A stretch of DNA of 64,000 nt from Rickettsiales bacterium (GCA_033762715.1 JANRLL010000001.1:96315-160314), one strand, 5' to 3'; counted from the first letter of the stretch, positions 10,795 through 20,752 are shown. Notes: generated by a model not told the origin, from the letters alone. Made by a program: numbers and translations.

Positions 10795-10809
10795 TTGTGC
10801 AACGCACAA
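10795..10809. promoter_or_regulatory. Palindrome TTGTGC-AAC-GCACAA upstream of the phasin gene (possible PhaR-type operator)
   Basis: Perfect 6+6 inverted repeat with a 3-nt spacer, about 90-100 nt upstream of the phasin ATG. Confidence 0.3.
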
Positions 10810-10833
10810 TATATTCAAGATATTGATTTATAT

Positions 10834-11643
10834 CTATTTTGATAGCTCTTTGCTACGTTCGGCTGCCTTTTTTACCGCTTCTTGAACCAGACTTTTGAGC
10901 CCATTTTTTTCCATTAAGACGCGAAGTCCGGCCTCAGTCGTTCCACCGGGGCTGGTAACTTGTTGGCGCAGCGCATCCAATGAATCTGTGCTCGCGCGCG
11001 CTAATTCTCCACTGCCGATGAGTGTTGCAATCGCGAGCTGTTTAGCCATGGCTTCGGGCAATCCATGTTCGATGCCTGCTTGTGTTAGCGCATCGAGAAA
11101 CAAAAATACATAGGCCGGTCCACTGCCCGAGACTGCGGTGACTGCATCCATCCATTGTTCGTTCTCTATCCAGCTCGTTTGCCCCACGGCGGCGAGTAAA
11201 TTCGTTGCAGTTTTTTTAGCGATGCTGGGAAGTGCTTTAGACGCGCATAGCACACTCATGCCTTTTCCAATCAATGCCGGTGTATTGGGCATCACGCGCA
11301 CGATGTGTGCATCACGACCTAAATGGGAGTGGAAAAAAGACAATGGCTTGCCGGCGGCAATGGAAATATAGAGAGGCTTACTGCCGAAACGTTTTTTAAA
11401 GGCAGGCAGCATGGTGGATAATTGTTGTGGCTTCACGGCAAAGACGATGACGTGCGGACGCAATGATGTTGGAACAAACTCCAGATCAGAGACCCATCGT
11501 GATTTCATACCACGCATGGTGGGGGCATTGGGTTCAATCACCCAAAAATCCTGTATGCCTATGGTTGCGGATTTTTTCCAACGCGTGAGCAGGGCGCTGC
11601 CCATACGGCCACATCCCACCAGTAACAGCGAGCGGTCAGTCAT
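10834..11643 (-). CDS. proC: Pyrroline-5-carboxylate reductase
   Basis: 269 aa. N-terminal GCGRMGSAL dinucleotide fold and C-terminal VTSPGGTTEAGL. Confidence 0.93.
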   Translation of the reverse strand: MTDRSLLLVGCGRMGSALLTRWKKSATIGIQDFWVIEPNAPTMRGMKSRWVSDLEFVPTSLRPHVIVFAVKPQQLSTMLPAFKKRFGSKPLYISIAAGKPLSFFHSHLGRDAHIVRVMPNTPALIGKGMSVLCASKALPSIAKKTATNLLAAVGQTSWIENEQWMDAVTAVSGSGPAYVFLFLDALTQAGIEHGLPEAMAKQLAIATLIGSGELARASTDSLDALRQQVTSPGGTTEAGLRVLMEKNGLKSLVQEAVKKAAERSKELSK

Positions 11644-11682
11644 GTGAATTCCTTAAGGTCAGGGTGACACACACCCTTTCTA

Positions 11683-12189
11683 TCAAGCTTCGCCGACAGT
11701 TTCAAATATTGCGATGGTGAGCGCTTCGCTCGGGCTTTTGCCGCCCCATACTACGGATTGCAACGCTGGGTAAAAGCGATCGCATTCGCTAATAGCGAGA
11801 TCCATCAACTCTTGCATATGCTCTTGTGAGGTGCCTGCGCCATCACGCACCAGTAATGCATGGCGGAAGGTAATGGTTCCATCTTCAGAGGAGATATTAA
11901 AATGGCCCATCCATAATTTCTCATTCACCAATGCGAGTAGTGCATAGACTTTAGAGAATGTTTTTTTCGGCAGCTTCGTATCGAGCGTGCACGACAATGT
12001 CATGGCGCCAGAGTCTTCTTGCCAGTTGAACCACATGCGATAATTGCAACATGCACCATTCACTTCAGCGATTAACTCGCTATCGGCCGGGCGATCGAAC
12101 ACCCAATCACGATCGACGATTACAGTTTCAGCGACATCGATAGGATTGTGGAAGATGTCTTCGTGTTTGAGCATGAACGAACTCGTCAT
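11683..12189 (-). CDS. YbjN domain-containing protein
   Basis: About 168 aa, upstream of proC, an arrangement common in Alphaproteobacteria. Start placed at the second ATG (12189), which has AGGAG 8 nt upstream. Confidence 0.8.
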   Translation of the reverse strand: MTSSFMLKHEDIFHNPIDVAETVIVDRDWVFDRPADSELIAEVNGACCNYRMWFNWQEDSGAMTLSCTLDTKLPKKTFSKVYALLALVNEKLWMGHFNISSEDGTITFRHALLVRDGAGTSQEHMQELMDLAISECDRFYPALQSVVWGGKSPSEALTIAIFETVGEA

Positions 12190-12383
12190 TAGTATAATCT
12201 CCTGATGCATTTTGTGTGCGGGTGATACTTAGGAAAGAAAGGCTAGAAGCCGTTTCTGGCTATTATCCTTGCATGGAATTCCCAAAAAGCCAATCATTTA
12301 AAAATGAATAAACGAAAATTATTTTTCCGTTATATATCAATATCTTGCATATATATTTTGCGCAGGGCAATATCCGCTTGAAT

Positions 12384-12644
12384 TTACTTAGAAATCAGCC
12401 CTTCGAGGCGCTTTTCGAGTGCATCGAGGCGCTTAGCAAATTTCTCTTGTTCTTCCCGTATCTTAGTCTGCATTTCCAGCAGCGTTTGATACTCTTCTCT
12501 CGAGGGATAGTTCATATTCTGTAATAATTTTTCAATCTGGAGGCGAGCCATTTCATCAAGCCCCTGTTTCATCTCCACAATTTCACCAGCCGCTTGACTG
12601 GCCATCTTGGCTAAATCATCTAAAAATCTATTGTCTTTCTGCAT
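12384..12644 (-). CDS. UbiK/YqiC (BMFP) family coiled-coil accessory protein
   Basis: 86 aa: MQKDNRFLDDLAKMASQAAGEIVEMKQG...LDALEKRLEGL. Typical length and coiled-coil layout for the family. Confidence 0.75.
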   Translation of the reverse strand: MQKDNRFLDDLAKMASQAAGEIVEMKQGLDEMARLQIEKLLQNMNYPSREEYQTLLEMQTKIREEQEKFAKRLDALEKRLEGLISK

Positions 12645-12723
12645 GTTACCTCACTTATCCACCGGATTTTTACTCTTTCTTAAAGGGCAGCACAGTATAA
12701 TAGAGAGTAGGAGGGAAATCATT

Positions 12724-13716
12724 ATGAAAACCATTCTTGTTACAGGCGGCGCCGGATTTATTGGATCTAACCTGGTGGCAACACTGCTTGAACGTAATAC
12801 CCACCGCGTAGTGATCTGCGATCGTTTTGGTAACGATAATAAATGGCGGAACTTACGTAAGCACCATGTGTTCGAAATTATCTCCCCTGAATGCATGTAT
12901 GAATGGTTGGAAGATAATCATCAGCAGGTTGAGATGATTTTCCATTTAGGCGGGGTTTCATCGACGGTTGAAAAAGACGTTGATCTGGTACTCAAGCACA
13001 ATTTCACCTTATCGTTGCAATTATGGCAGTGGTGTAACAAGCACCATGTGCGCTTGCTCTATATCTCCTCATACGCAGTGTATGGCGATGGCGAGCAGGG
13101 ATTCGATGACCGCATGGATCTGGAGTATCTGCAGTCGCTGCGCCCTATGGGCCCGTATGGCTGGAGCAAGCTACTATTTGACGTGCATGTAGCTAATGTA
13201 GTGAATCGCAAAGAATTTGAGATACCACAATGGGTAGGGCTGCGTATGTTTAACAACTACGGTCCCAATGAATTTCACAAACTTGACAACCAAAGCGTGG
13301 TTTCTAAAATTGCGCCGCATGCGATTCAAGCCGGCAGTGTGAAGCTGTTTCGCTCGCATAACCCCAGATACAAGGACGGTGAGCAGCGCCGTGACGTGAT
13401 CTATATCAAAGATAGCGTGCGCGTGATGCTGTGGTTTTTAGACAATCCGCAGATTTCCGGCCTCTATAATTTAGGTACGGGTGTTGCCAGCAGTTTCAAT
13501 GAAATGGCATTGGCCATATTTAGCGCGATTAATCGTCGGGCTAATATCCATTATATTGATATGCCGGAGTCGTTGGCGCCGCACTATCAATATTATACGC
13601 AAGCCAAGATGGATAAGCTGATTGCCGCGGGCTATAGCGCACCCCTGATGTCGCTACAAGACGGGGTAAAAGACTATGTGCAGAATTACTTACTGAAGGA
13701 CGATCCGTACCGTTAA
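12724..13716 (+). CDS. hldD: ADP-glyceromanno-heptose 6-epimerase-like NAD-dependent epimerase
   Basis: ILVTGGAGFIGSNLV, LYISSYAVYGDG, YGWSKLLFD and LYNLGTGVASSFNEMA are collinear with E. coli HldD as I remember it. GGAGG lies upstream of ATG 12724. The track ORF starts 39 codons too early and would overlap the ubiK-like gene. Confidence 0.85.
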   Translation: MKTILVTGGAGFIGSNLVATLLERNTHRVVICDRFGNDNKWRNLRKHHVFEIISPECMYEWLEDNHQQVEMIFHLGGVSSTVEKDVDLVLKHNFTLSLQLWQWCNKHHVRLLYISSYAVYGDGEQGFDDRMDLEYLQSLRPMGPYGWSKLLFDVHVANVVNRKEFEIPQWVGLRMFNNYGPNEFHKLDNQSVVSKIAPHAIQAGSVKLFRSHNPRYKDGEQRRDVIYIKDSVRVMLWFLDNPQISGLYNLGTGVASSFNEMALAIFSAINRRANIHYIDMPESLAPHYQYYTQAKMDKLIAAGYSAPLMSLQDGVKDYVQNYLLKDDPYR

Positions 13717-13718
13717 CG

Positions 13719-15215
13719 CTACGCGGATTTTGCCACATAGCTTTTAAAGCCTTCATTGATGACTTCAATTCGGCGTCTAATGGCATCGCCCATAGCATCT
13801 TCCATGCCGTCGGTTAAATGCAATGCAATATTTTTACCCGTAGGCTCGAGACTGGTTTTATGCAGGCTACCCGCAACACTACCTGAAAGGTGATAGGCGA
13901 GGTTGGCGCAGCTTCCCACCAGCTTGGCCCAGCGCATGTCGCTTGCATCAATTAGTTTCAGCGCTGGCCAATCGGCTTTCGCTTTATATTGATAGCGGTA
14001 ATAGAGTGCGAGCGCCAAGGTTACCCGTTCTTTATGCGAAATACCGGTAAGCGCAGAGTATAACATACGATGAAAAGCCCAATCCGCACGATATTCAGGA
14101 TGGATGTGCAGCGCGATATCCGTCAGCAGACAAAGCGCAAAGCGTATACGCCCCTGGCTTTCAGTTTCATTATCTACTAGCGGCTGCATCCAGGTATAGA
14201 GCTCATTGGCATAGGCAGTGGAACGGCCGCCTTTGGTGGCATATTCATGGCACGAGGTTAATAATCCGTCCTGCTCGCGCGAGAAGGGTGACAATTTCTC
14301 ATAGAGGTAACCTTCACGAATACCGCTGGCAGAAAATACTACCAGCTTGGGCTTGGCGGTTCTGATAATTTTTTCCAGCACCATGGCCGCACCCGGCAGA
14401 GCCGGAATACGTTTGGTCGCCACACCCGGCAGCTTTTCTAATTTATCCGCTGGTAGCTCCATGATCGAAGCGAGGAATTTAGCGAACTCATCGGCGCGCA
14501 CGGTATATTCATGCAGAATTTTAAGCGGGTAGTTCACATGCTCCATATGCATTTTAGCCAAGGCGCGGAAACTGCCGCCAATCGCATAGAAATGCGAGGT
14601 TTTGTGATCGTCCAGCCAGTTGATTTCTTCAAAGCGCTTATCAATAAGTTTGCGTAGCTTATCTTTGTCGCCTTTGGTTTCGTCAATCATGCGAAGGCTG
14701 CCGAGCAGAAGACTAGTATGGTCCTCGATATGACCTTCATCCACGCGTACCAGCTCAATGCTGCCGCCACCTAGATCGCCGGTAATGCCATTGGGCTTAT
14801 GGATGGACGCGCATACGCCAAACGCACCGAGCTTAGCTTCTTTTTGACCGCTAATAATATCGATATCAATATGGTAGCGATCAGAAAGCAGGCGGGCGAA
14901 GCTCTTGCCATCTTGCGCATCACGAATGGCGGCGGTGGCCATAATATACAGTGAAGTCACCTCCATATTTTTGCTCATGGCAAGGAAGCGCTTAAGCGCG
15001 TCTTCAGCCATTTCAATGCCGTCCGGATTCAATATGCCGCTGGTAGCCAACCCTTTACCCAAGGCGCACATCACCTTTTCATTATAAATAGGCACCGGAC
15101 AGCGCTTCTGCTGGTCATACACCACAAGGCGGATCGAGTTGGAACCGATGTCGATAATCCCAATACGGCCGTCGCGCGAAGAGACTACACTCAATTCAAA
15201 GGTGGGTTGGGACAC
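13719..15215 (-). CDS. ppx: Exopolyphosphatase (Ppx/GppA family)
   Basis: 498 aa. IIDIGSNSIRLVVY and GDLGGGSIEL actin-like ATPase motifs. Immediately downstream of ppk. Confidence 0.9.
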   Translation of the reverse strand: MSQPTFELSVVSSRDGRIGIIDIGSNSIRLVVYDQQKRCPVPIYNEKVMCALGKGLATSGILNPDGIEMAEDALKRFLAMSKNMEVTSLYIMATAAIRDAQDGKSFARLLSDRYHIDIDIISGQKEAKLGAFGVCASIHKPNGITGDLGGGSIELVRVDEGHIEDHTSLLLGSLRMIDETKGDKDKLRKLIDKRFEEINWLDDHKTSHFYAIGGSFRALAKMHMEHVNYPLKILHEYTVRADEFAKFLASIMELPADKLEKLPGVATKRIPALPGAAMVLEKIIRTAKPKLVVFSASGIREGYLYEKLSPFSREQDGLLTSCHEYATKGGRSTAYANELYTWMQPLVDNETESQGRIRFALCLLTDIALHIHPEYRADWAFHRMLYSALTGISHKERVTLALALYYRYQYKAKADWPALKLIDASDMRWAKLVGSCANLAYHLSGSVAGSLHKTSLEPTGKNIALHLTDGMEDAMGDAIRRRIEVINEGFKSYVAKSA

Positions 15216-15223
15216 GCTATTCC

Positions 15224-17365
15224 TTATTTCTTTGCGGGCTTATATTGGAGCAATTGTGACGACTTGGCCTTTTTTAGCGCTTTTCCGCGTCCAGATAAAC
15301 TAGGATTATTAGCAAAATATTCATGGGCCGACAGACTATGACTCGAGGCAAATAAATGCTCATAGGTACCATCAGGTTGCATCAGCCAGCTTTGCCTTTC
15401 ATCTTTAAGGTTAGCAAGCATAATCTGGCCCATAATCTGTTCATGCACCGTCTGGTTCTCAATAGGTACTAATACCTCAATGCGCCAATCAAAGTTACGC
15501 GGCATCCAGTCGCCGGAGGTGATAAACACCTTCGCATGGCTGGAAGGCAGTTCATGCCCATTGCCGAAACAGACAATACGTGCATGCTCTAAGAATCGCC
15601 CAACAATGCTTTTGACGCGAATATTTTCCGACAAGCCCGGCACGCCGGGGCGCAAGCAGCAAATACCGCGCACGACCAGATCGATTTGTACGCCCGCTTG
15701 TGAGGCGCGGTAGAGCGTGTCGATAATATCTGCATCGACCAGCGAATTCATTTTGGCCCACATGCTGCCAGGCTTGCCGGCTTTCGCGTGCGCAATTTCA
15801 TCTTCAATTAAATGGATCAGTTTTTTGCGCAGGTCGCGTGGGGCGATAATCAGCTTTTTAAATTCCCGCGGCGGCGCGTAGCCGGTCACGAAATTAAACA
15901 GATAAGCCGCATCTCGGCACAAATCGGGGTCGCAGGTGAAAAACGACAGATCGGTATAGATCTTTGCGGTGTTGGGGTGGTAATTTCCGGTGCCGAAATG
16001 GACGTAAGATACCAGCTTGCTGCCTTCGCGTCGGGTGACCAGGGTCACCTTCGCATGGGTTTTAAGCGATACGAATCCGTAGACCACCTGCGCGCCGGCT
16101 GCCTCTAAATTGCGGGCCCATTGCAAATTGGCCTCTTCATCAAAGCGGGCTTTAAGCTCGACCAGTGCGGTGACGGTTTTGCCGGCTTCGGCCGCAGTAA
16201 TCAGCGCTTTTACAATGGGCGAGTCTTTACTGGTGCGGTATAAGGTTTGCTTGATCGATACCACATCCGGATCAGCTGCGGCTTGCTTTAGGAACTGCAC
16301 CACCACATCGAAGGTTTCAAACGGGTGATGCACCACAATATCTTTATTGGCAATGGCAGCAAAACAATCACCACCGAAATCGTTGATGCGCTCGGGGAAG
16401 CGAGCGGTCATGGGCGGGAATTTAAGTTCAGGCGCCGCATGTTCCCATATTTCCTTGAGATTAGAAAGGCCTAGCATGCCCTCCACTTCGATCACATCAG
16501 CTAGATCCACATGGATATGGTCGCAGACAAATTGCACCAGATGGCGGCTGGCTGGCGCTGCGAATTTAATCTGGATCACTCGGCCGCGGCGGCGTTGTTT
16601 AATGGCGCGTTCGAAATTGCGCACGAAATTGTCATCTTCTTCATCCACATCGAGTTCGCTATCGCGCACGATACGAAACAAGGCGTAATCCTGGATTTCA
16701 AAATGCGGCATGATCCGATCCAAATGGATACGGATAATATCTTCGAGTAAAACGAAGCGTTGCTTCTTGTTATCAGGCAAAGGTATGAAACGCGGGAGCT
16801 TTACCGGTAGCGGAATTATCACCATTTGCTCTTTGTTTGCCGAATTGGTAAGCTGGAAGATCAGCGCTAAGCCTAAGTTTGGCAAAAAGGGAAAAGGATG
16901 GGCCGGATCGATAGCAATCGGAGTGAGTACCGGAAAGATGTTATCGGTGAAATATTCTTCCAGCCAATGCGCGTCTTTTCCCGACAGTTCATCTTGGCTT
17001 ACGACAATAACATTCTGTTTTTCCAGCTCGTGTTTAAGTTTGATCCAGCATTCATGTTGGCGCGTCACCATTTTGGCGACGTGCTTGTCGATGATGGTGA
17101 TTTCTTCGCTGGGGCTTAGCCCATCCATACTTTTTTTGGTAATGCCCTGGTCTACATAATCTTTAAGGCCGGCGACGCGAATCATATAAAACTCGTCGAG
17201 GTTAGAGGCCGAGATGGATAGAAAATGCACCCGTTCAGCCAGCGGGTTATGGCTGTTGAAGGCCTCATCGAGTACGCGGCTATTGAATGCAAGCCAGGAG
17301 AGTTCGCGGTTGATGAAACGTTCTTTGCTACTTAAGAGGATGGATTCTATTTTCTTTTCGCTCAT
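15224..17365 (-). CDS. ppk: Polyphosphate kinase 1
   Basis: 713 aa. N-terminal FINRELSWLAFNSRVLDEA and two PLD-like HKD-type regions (THAKVTLV, HAKVFIT). Confidence 0.95.
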   Translation of the reverse strand: MSEKKIESILLSSKERFINRELSWLAFNSRVLDEAFNSHNPLAERVHFLSISASNLDEFYMIRVAGLKDYVDQGITKKSMDGLSPSEEITIIDKHVAKMVTRQHECWIKLKHELEKQNVIVVSQDELSGKDAHWLEEYFTDNIFPVLTPIAIDPAHPFPFLPNLGLALIFQLTNSANKEQMVIIPLPVKLPRFIPLPDNKKQRFVLLEDIIRIHLDRIMPHFEIQDYALFRIVRDSELDVDEEDDNFVRNFERAIKQRRRGRVIQIKFAAPASRHLVQFVCDHIHVDLADVIEVEGMLGLSNLKEIWEHAAPELKFPPMTARFPERINDFGGDCFAAIANKDIVVHHPFETFDVVVQFLKQAAADPDVVSIKQTLYRTSKDSPIVKALITAAEAGKTVTALVELKARFDEEANLQWARNLEAAGAQVVYGFVSLKTHAKVTLVTRREGSKLVSYVHFGTGNYHPNTAKIYTDLSFFTCDPDLCRDAAYLFNFVTGYAPPREFKKLIIAPRDLRKKLIHLIEDEIAHAKAGKPGSMWAKMNSLVDADIIDTLYRASQAGVQIDLVVRGICCLRPGVPGLSENIRVKSIVGRFLEHARIVCFGNGHELPSSHAKVFITSGDWMPRNFDWRIEVLVPIENQTVHEQIMGQIMLANLKDERQSWLMQPDGTYEHLFASSHSLSAHEYFANNPSLSGRGKALKKAKSSQLLQYKPAKK

Positions 17366-17438
17366 AAACCGCCATTATAAGTTGGAATATCTTAATTCTA
17401 TGATAAAACCGGTGCAGATGACAACCAGATAACACACC

Positions 17439-17948
17439 ATGCCATCTCAAAAAAGTCTTATAATCCTGAGGCATGCAAAAGCAGTGCCGACAAAGGCTGA
17501 TCTTGATGACCATGAGCGGCCGTTAGATGAGCAGGGGCAAGCCGAAGCGCGCCATGTGGGCCAGCGGCTGGCGGCGCTGGAATTGCGCCCTGATCTAATC
17601 TTTTGCTCCAGCTCGGTTCGCACACGGCAAACGGCAGAGATTATCCAGTCTTGCCTGCCGGAGATGCCTATTACCTATAGCAAAGCGCTCTATTTGGCGT
17701 CACCATCCGAGATACTAAAATTGGTTGCTGAATGTTCCGACGATATAAAGCAGTTGCTTATTATAGGGCATAATCCTGGAGCGCATGAGCTTGCCATTAA
17801 GCTGGCACGGGGCGGTGAGGAAAAAGCGCTGAATGAAATGACGCTCACATTTCCAACCGCTGCGGTGGCGGCAATTAATTTTGAGAATACATCGTGGGAT
17901 AGCATTGCCCGCGCTGGTGGGATGCTGCGTTATTTTATAACGCCTTAG
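17439..17948 (+). CDS. SixA-like histidine phosphatase family protein
   Basis: 169 aa. LIILRHAKA catalytic RHA motif and IIGHNPG. Confidence 0.8.
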   Translation: MPSQKSLIILRHAKAVPTKADLDDHERPLDEQGQAEARHVGQRLAALELRPDLIFCSSSVRTRQTAEIIQSCLPEMPITYSKALYLASPSEILKLVAECSDDIKQLLIIGHNPGAHELAIKLARGGEEKALNEMTLTFPTAAVAAINFENTSWDSIARAGGMLRYFITP

Positions 17949-17954
17949 TGTTCG

Positions 17955-18055
17955 TCATATGATCTTCAGGAGAAAATAACGGAGCAATGGTCAGTAGACC
18001 ATGCGAGCCTTCAGCGTACTTCATGTGATTTTCAGGAGAAAATCACGGAAGTAAT
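17955..18055. repeat. Two imperfect direct copies of a ~34-bp element; the second forms a perfect 9-bp hairpin
   Basis: 17955-17988 reads TCATATGATCTTCAGGAGAAAATAACGGAGCAAT. 18021-18055 reads TCATGTGATTTTCAGGAGAAAATCACGGAAGTAAT. The hairpin is GTGATTTTC-AGGA-GAAAATCAC at 18025-18046. Confidence 0.5.
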
Positions 18056-18065
18056 ATATAAAAAT

Positions 18066-18462
18066 GCCAGATAGCCTATAAGCCGGGTTCTGTACTGCTT
18101 GCGCAGCGATGACCATTCATCTGGGATGCTAATTACTTAGCACCTCGTGCAATCTACCCGGATAGCATTGTGCAAAGCGACACCCTATCCCTATTTGATC
18201 TTGCTCCCGGCGGGGTTTTCCCTGCCAGTTCCGTTACCGGAACCGCGGTGCGCTCTTACCGCACCTTTTCACCCTTACCGCGCTGCTATAAATAGCGGCG
18301 AGGCGGTATATTCTCTGTGGCACTTTCCCTGAAGTTACCCTCGGCGGGCGTTACCCGCCACCGTGCTTTGTGGAGCCCGGACTTTCCTCAAGAGCATTCG
18401 ACGTTTGATGCTATTCGCAATCGCTCGCCCACATATCCCCTGCGGTCATCCAGCTATCTGGC
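18066..18462 (-). ncRNA. rnpB: RNase P RNA, bacterial type A
   Basis: The minus strand carries GAGGAAAGUCCGGGCUCC (complement of 18372-18389), GGUAAGGGUGAAAAGGUGCGGUAAGAGCGCACCG, AGAUGAAUG and ACAGAACCCGGCUUAU (complement of 18081-18094). P1 pairs the 5' GCCAGAUAGCU with the 3' AGGCUAUCUGGC. The ends are estimated from that pairing. Confidence 0.9.
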
Positions 18463-18468
18463 AGACGC

Positions 18469-18497
18469 ATATTAGAGCATTCGTATCAGATCTGCAA
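18469..18497 (-). promoter_or_regulatory. Putative rnpB promoter embedded in the 3' end of the amidase gene
   Basis: On the minus strand: TTGCAG (18497-18492), a 17-nt spacer, then TAATAT (18474-18469). The predicted RNA 5' G at 18462 lies 6 nt further on. The -10 hexamer contains the amidase stop codon. Confidence 0.5.
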
Positions 18498-19128
18498 GCA
18501 AAGCACCGCATTGGCTATCCCATTGTCCTGAAATATGATTTTGGCGGAAATGGCGTTGGAATGCTTCAATGGCTTTGGTAGGGTTTTCCAGTGAATAGCC
18601 ATAATCGGCCAGCGCGGATTCAGGCAAGGTGGTGGCAGTTGCGTGCCGAGGCCATAGGCCGATAGTGTGTTTGGCGAGTTGCGCCCATGGGAAAAATTCA
18701 CCTGGGTCGGTTTTGCGTGCGGGGGCTACATCGGAATGCCCGACCACATTGCGCGCGCTGATTTGTGGGTTTCTGGTCAGTATGCCTTTGCACAGGGAAA
18801 TAACAGCGGCAATTTGCGGCTCGGGGAAGGGCGTATAGCCAAACTCATGACCGGGATTGACGATTTCAATGCCGATCGAACGCTGGTTGATATTGCTATG
18901 ACCGCGCCAAGCACTCACGCCGGCATGCCAGGCGCGCTCTTTTTCATAAACGAGATTATGGATGGTGCCATCTTCTTCCACTACATAATGCGCGCTGACT
19001 TTCGCGGCCGGATCACATAGCCGGTCTAAGGCCTGTGTGGCAGACAACATGCCGGTATAATGCAGCACCAGCATATCGATGGGATGATTATCGCGTGAGT
19101 CGTAATTAGGCGAGCGATAGGGTTTCAC
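18472..19128 (-). CDS. N-acetylmuramoyl-L-alanine amidase, AmpD-like (amidase_2 family)
   Basis: 218 aa: IDMLVLHYTGM, SAHYVVEEDGTI, AWHAGVSAWRG, GHSDVAP.RKTDPG. GTG start overlaps the stop of the upstream EamA gene. Confidence 0.85.
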   Translation of the reverse strand: MKPYRSPNYDSRDNHPIDMLVLHYTGMLSATQALDRLCDPAAKVSAHYVVEEDGTIHNLVYEKERAWHAGVSAWRGHSNINQRSIGIEIVNPGHEFGYTPFPEPQIAAVISLCKGILTRNPQISARNVVGHSDVAPARKTDPGEFFPWAQLAKHTIGLWPRHATATTLPESALADYGYSLENPTKAIEAFQRHFRQNHISGQWDSQCGALLADLIRML

Positions 19129-20000
19129 GTAGCCTCCGTAATCAGCGCATGTTTGGGTTTGCGCAGCACAATAATCGCAACACCCACGATGGTGATAATA
19201 CCACCGGCAATGATTTCGGTGGTGAGTAATTCTTGGAAAAATATCTGTCCGCAGCTAATGCCAAATACCGGCGTGAGCAGTGAGAAGGGTGCTACCTGTG
19301 AAACGGTGTAGCGGTTGAGCAGGAAATACCACAGCCCATACGCGCCTAAGGTGGAGGCGAGCGTCGTGTAAGCCAGGCCCAGCCAACTGGAAAGTGGTGC
19401 GGCTGGAATGAGCGACCAGCTGACGGGCTCAAGCAAAGTGGAGAGCAGCAGCAAAATAGGCAAGGTGAATAGCGACATCCAGGCGAGCAGTTGCATGCTG
19501 GGAATATCTTTGACGCGTTTGACAAAAATATTGGCAATGGCCCAAGAAAGCGCGCTGGCAATCGAGATGAAAAACGCATCGGGATGGGCTAATATGTTAG
19601 GTGCACCAGCAATCACCGCGATGCCAATAAAGGCGATCACAATGCCTGTGATATGCCAAACACCAATACGGTCTTTGAAGAAAATTGCACCTAATATACA
19701 GGAAAATGGCACGCCGAGTTGACCCACCAGCGAGCCGCTGGAAATATCGAGGCCACGATGCAATGAGACGAATAAAAGCGAGAAGTGAAACGTTGCCATG
19801 AGCCCCACCGGCATAATGCGCTTAAGCTGATCCAGCGACGGGCGCGGCACAAACGGTATAAGCAAGGCGGTCACGCAGATAAAGCGCATGGAGGTAAAGA
19901 AAAACGGCGGGAAATACGAAACGCCGACTTTAGCGGCGACAAAATTGCCGCCCCACAGCGCCGCCACCAAAACCGCCAGGCCCATATGGATAATGCTCAT
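19125..20000 (-). CDS. EamA/DMT family transporter
   Basis: 291 aa with ten hydrophobic helices in two EamA-like halves. Its start overlaps the djlA-like stop (ATGA). Confidence 0.85.
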   Translation of the reverse strand: MSIIHMGLAVLVAALWGGNFVAAKVGVSYFPPFFFTSMRFICVTALLIPFVPRPSLDQLKRIMPVGLMATFHFSLLFVSLHRGLDISSGSLVGQLGVPFSCILGAIFFKDRIGVWHITGIVIAFIGIAVIAGAPNILAHPDAFFISIASALSWAIANIFVKRVKDIPSMQLLAWMSLFTLPILLLLSTLLEPVSWSLIPAAPLSSWLGLAYTTLASTLGAYGLWYFLLNRYTVSQVAPFSLLTPVFGISCGQIFFQELLTTEIIAGGIITIVGVAIIVLRKPKHALITEAT

Positions 20001-20752
20001 GCAGCTTTCTTTCGTGACAGGCGTTGGTAGGCGTTGTTGATTTCAGATACTTTCAATTGTAGCAGCAACTCTAATTCCGGCGACAGATTCGATGGATCAT
20101 GTCGATCGGGGTGATAGCGTTGCATCAACTCGCGGTAGCGTTGGCGTACATCGGAACCAGAGCTTTTTTTACTCACTCCCAGCACCGAATAAGGTTTCAT
20201 CCGTTCGGAATATTTGGTGTGAATCTGGCTATATTGCGCCGGGCTTAATCCTAGCATATGCGCTGTTTTTGACAGCATGGCTTCATGCGCTTTGGATAAG
20301 CTGCCATCGGCCATGGCGATACGAAACAAGCGTTCAACCAGCGCGATGAAAAGCGTCATGCGCCGCGGGTAGGCCAGGGTAATATGGCGGATGAATTGCG
20401 TATGTGGCGTATGGTCTTCGCATGCCATGTAAAAGAGCGAGCGCAGCTTATTGCAAATGCCGCGTTCGATCGGAAACGCATCGCGAAAAGCAATATATTT
20501 GCTTTTCGTCACTTGGCCGTCGAGCGAGGCCACCCGTGCGGAGAGGGCAATCACGGCGAAGGTAAACGAGATATCCTTAAAGCCTATTTCACGGGGTGCG
20601 GCAGTTGCGGCTGGTTTATAAGTAGCTATTTCCTTAGCGTTTTGATAGGTTTGCAGGTAATACCATAAGGCGACTAGCGGACTGCCAAAACTAGGCATCC
20701 CAAGGGCCAAGCGCTTGATAGGGCTTGTTTTTATTAAAGCCGGAAGCTTCAT
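19997..20752 (-). CDS. DjlA-like co-chaperone (N-terminal membrane helix, TerB-like middle region, C-terminal J domain)
   Basis: C-terminal J domain PYSVLGVSKKSSGSDVRQRYRELMQRYHPDRH. Confidence 0.75.
   Translation of the reverse strand: MKLPALIKTSPIKRLALGMPSFGSPLVALWYYLQTYQNAKEIATYKPAATAAPREIGFKDISFTFAVIALSARVASLDGQVTKSKYIAFRDAFPIERGICNKLRSLFYMACEDHTPHTQFIRHITLAYPRRMTLFIALVERLFRIAMADGSLSKAHEAMLSKTAHMLGLSPAQYSQIHTKYSERMKPYSVLGVSKKSSGSDVRQRYRELMQRYHPDRHDPSNLSPELELLLQLKVSEINNAYQRLSRKKAA

Noticed and set aside
17981-18022. A 13-codon mini-ORF (MVSRPCEPSAYFM) between the two ~34-bp repeat copies.
   Set aside because: It is too short and its SD spacing is poor. It is most likely a chance ORF within a repeat or hairpin region.
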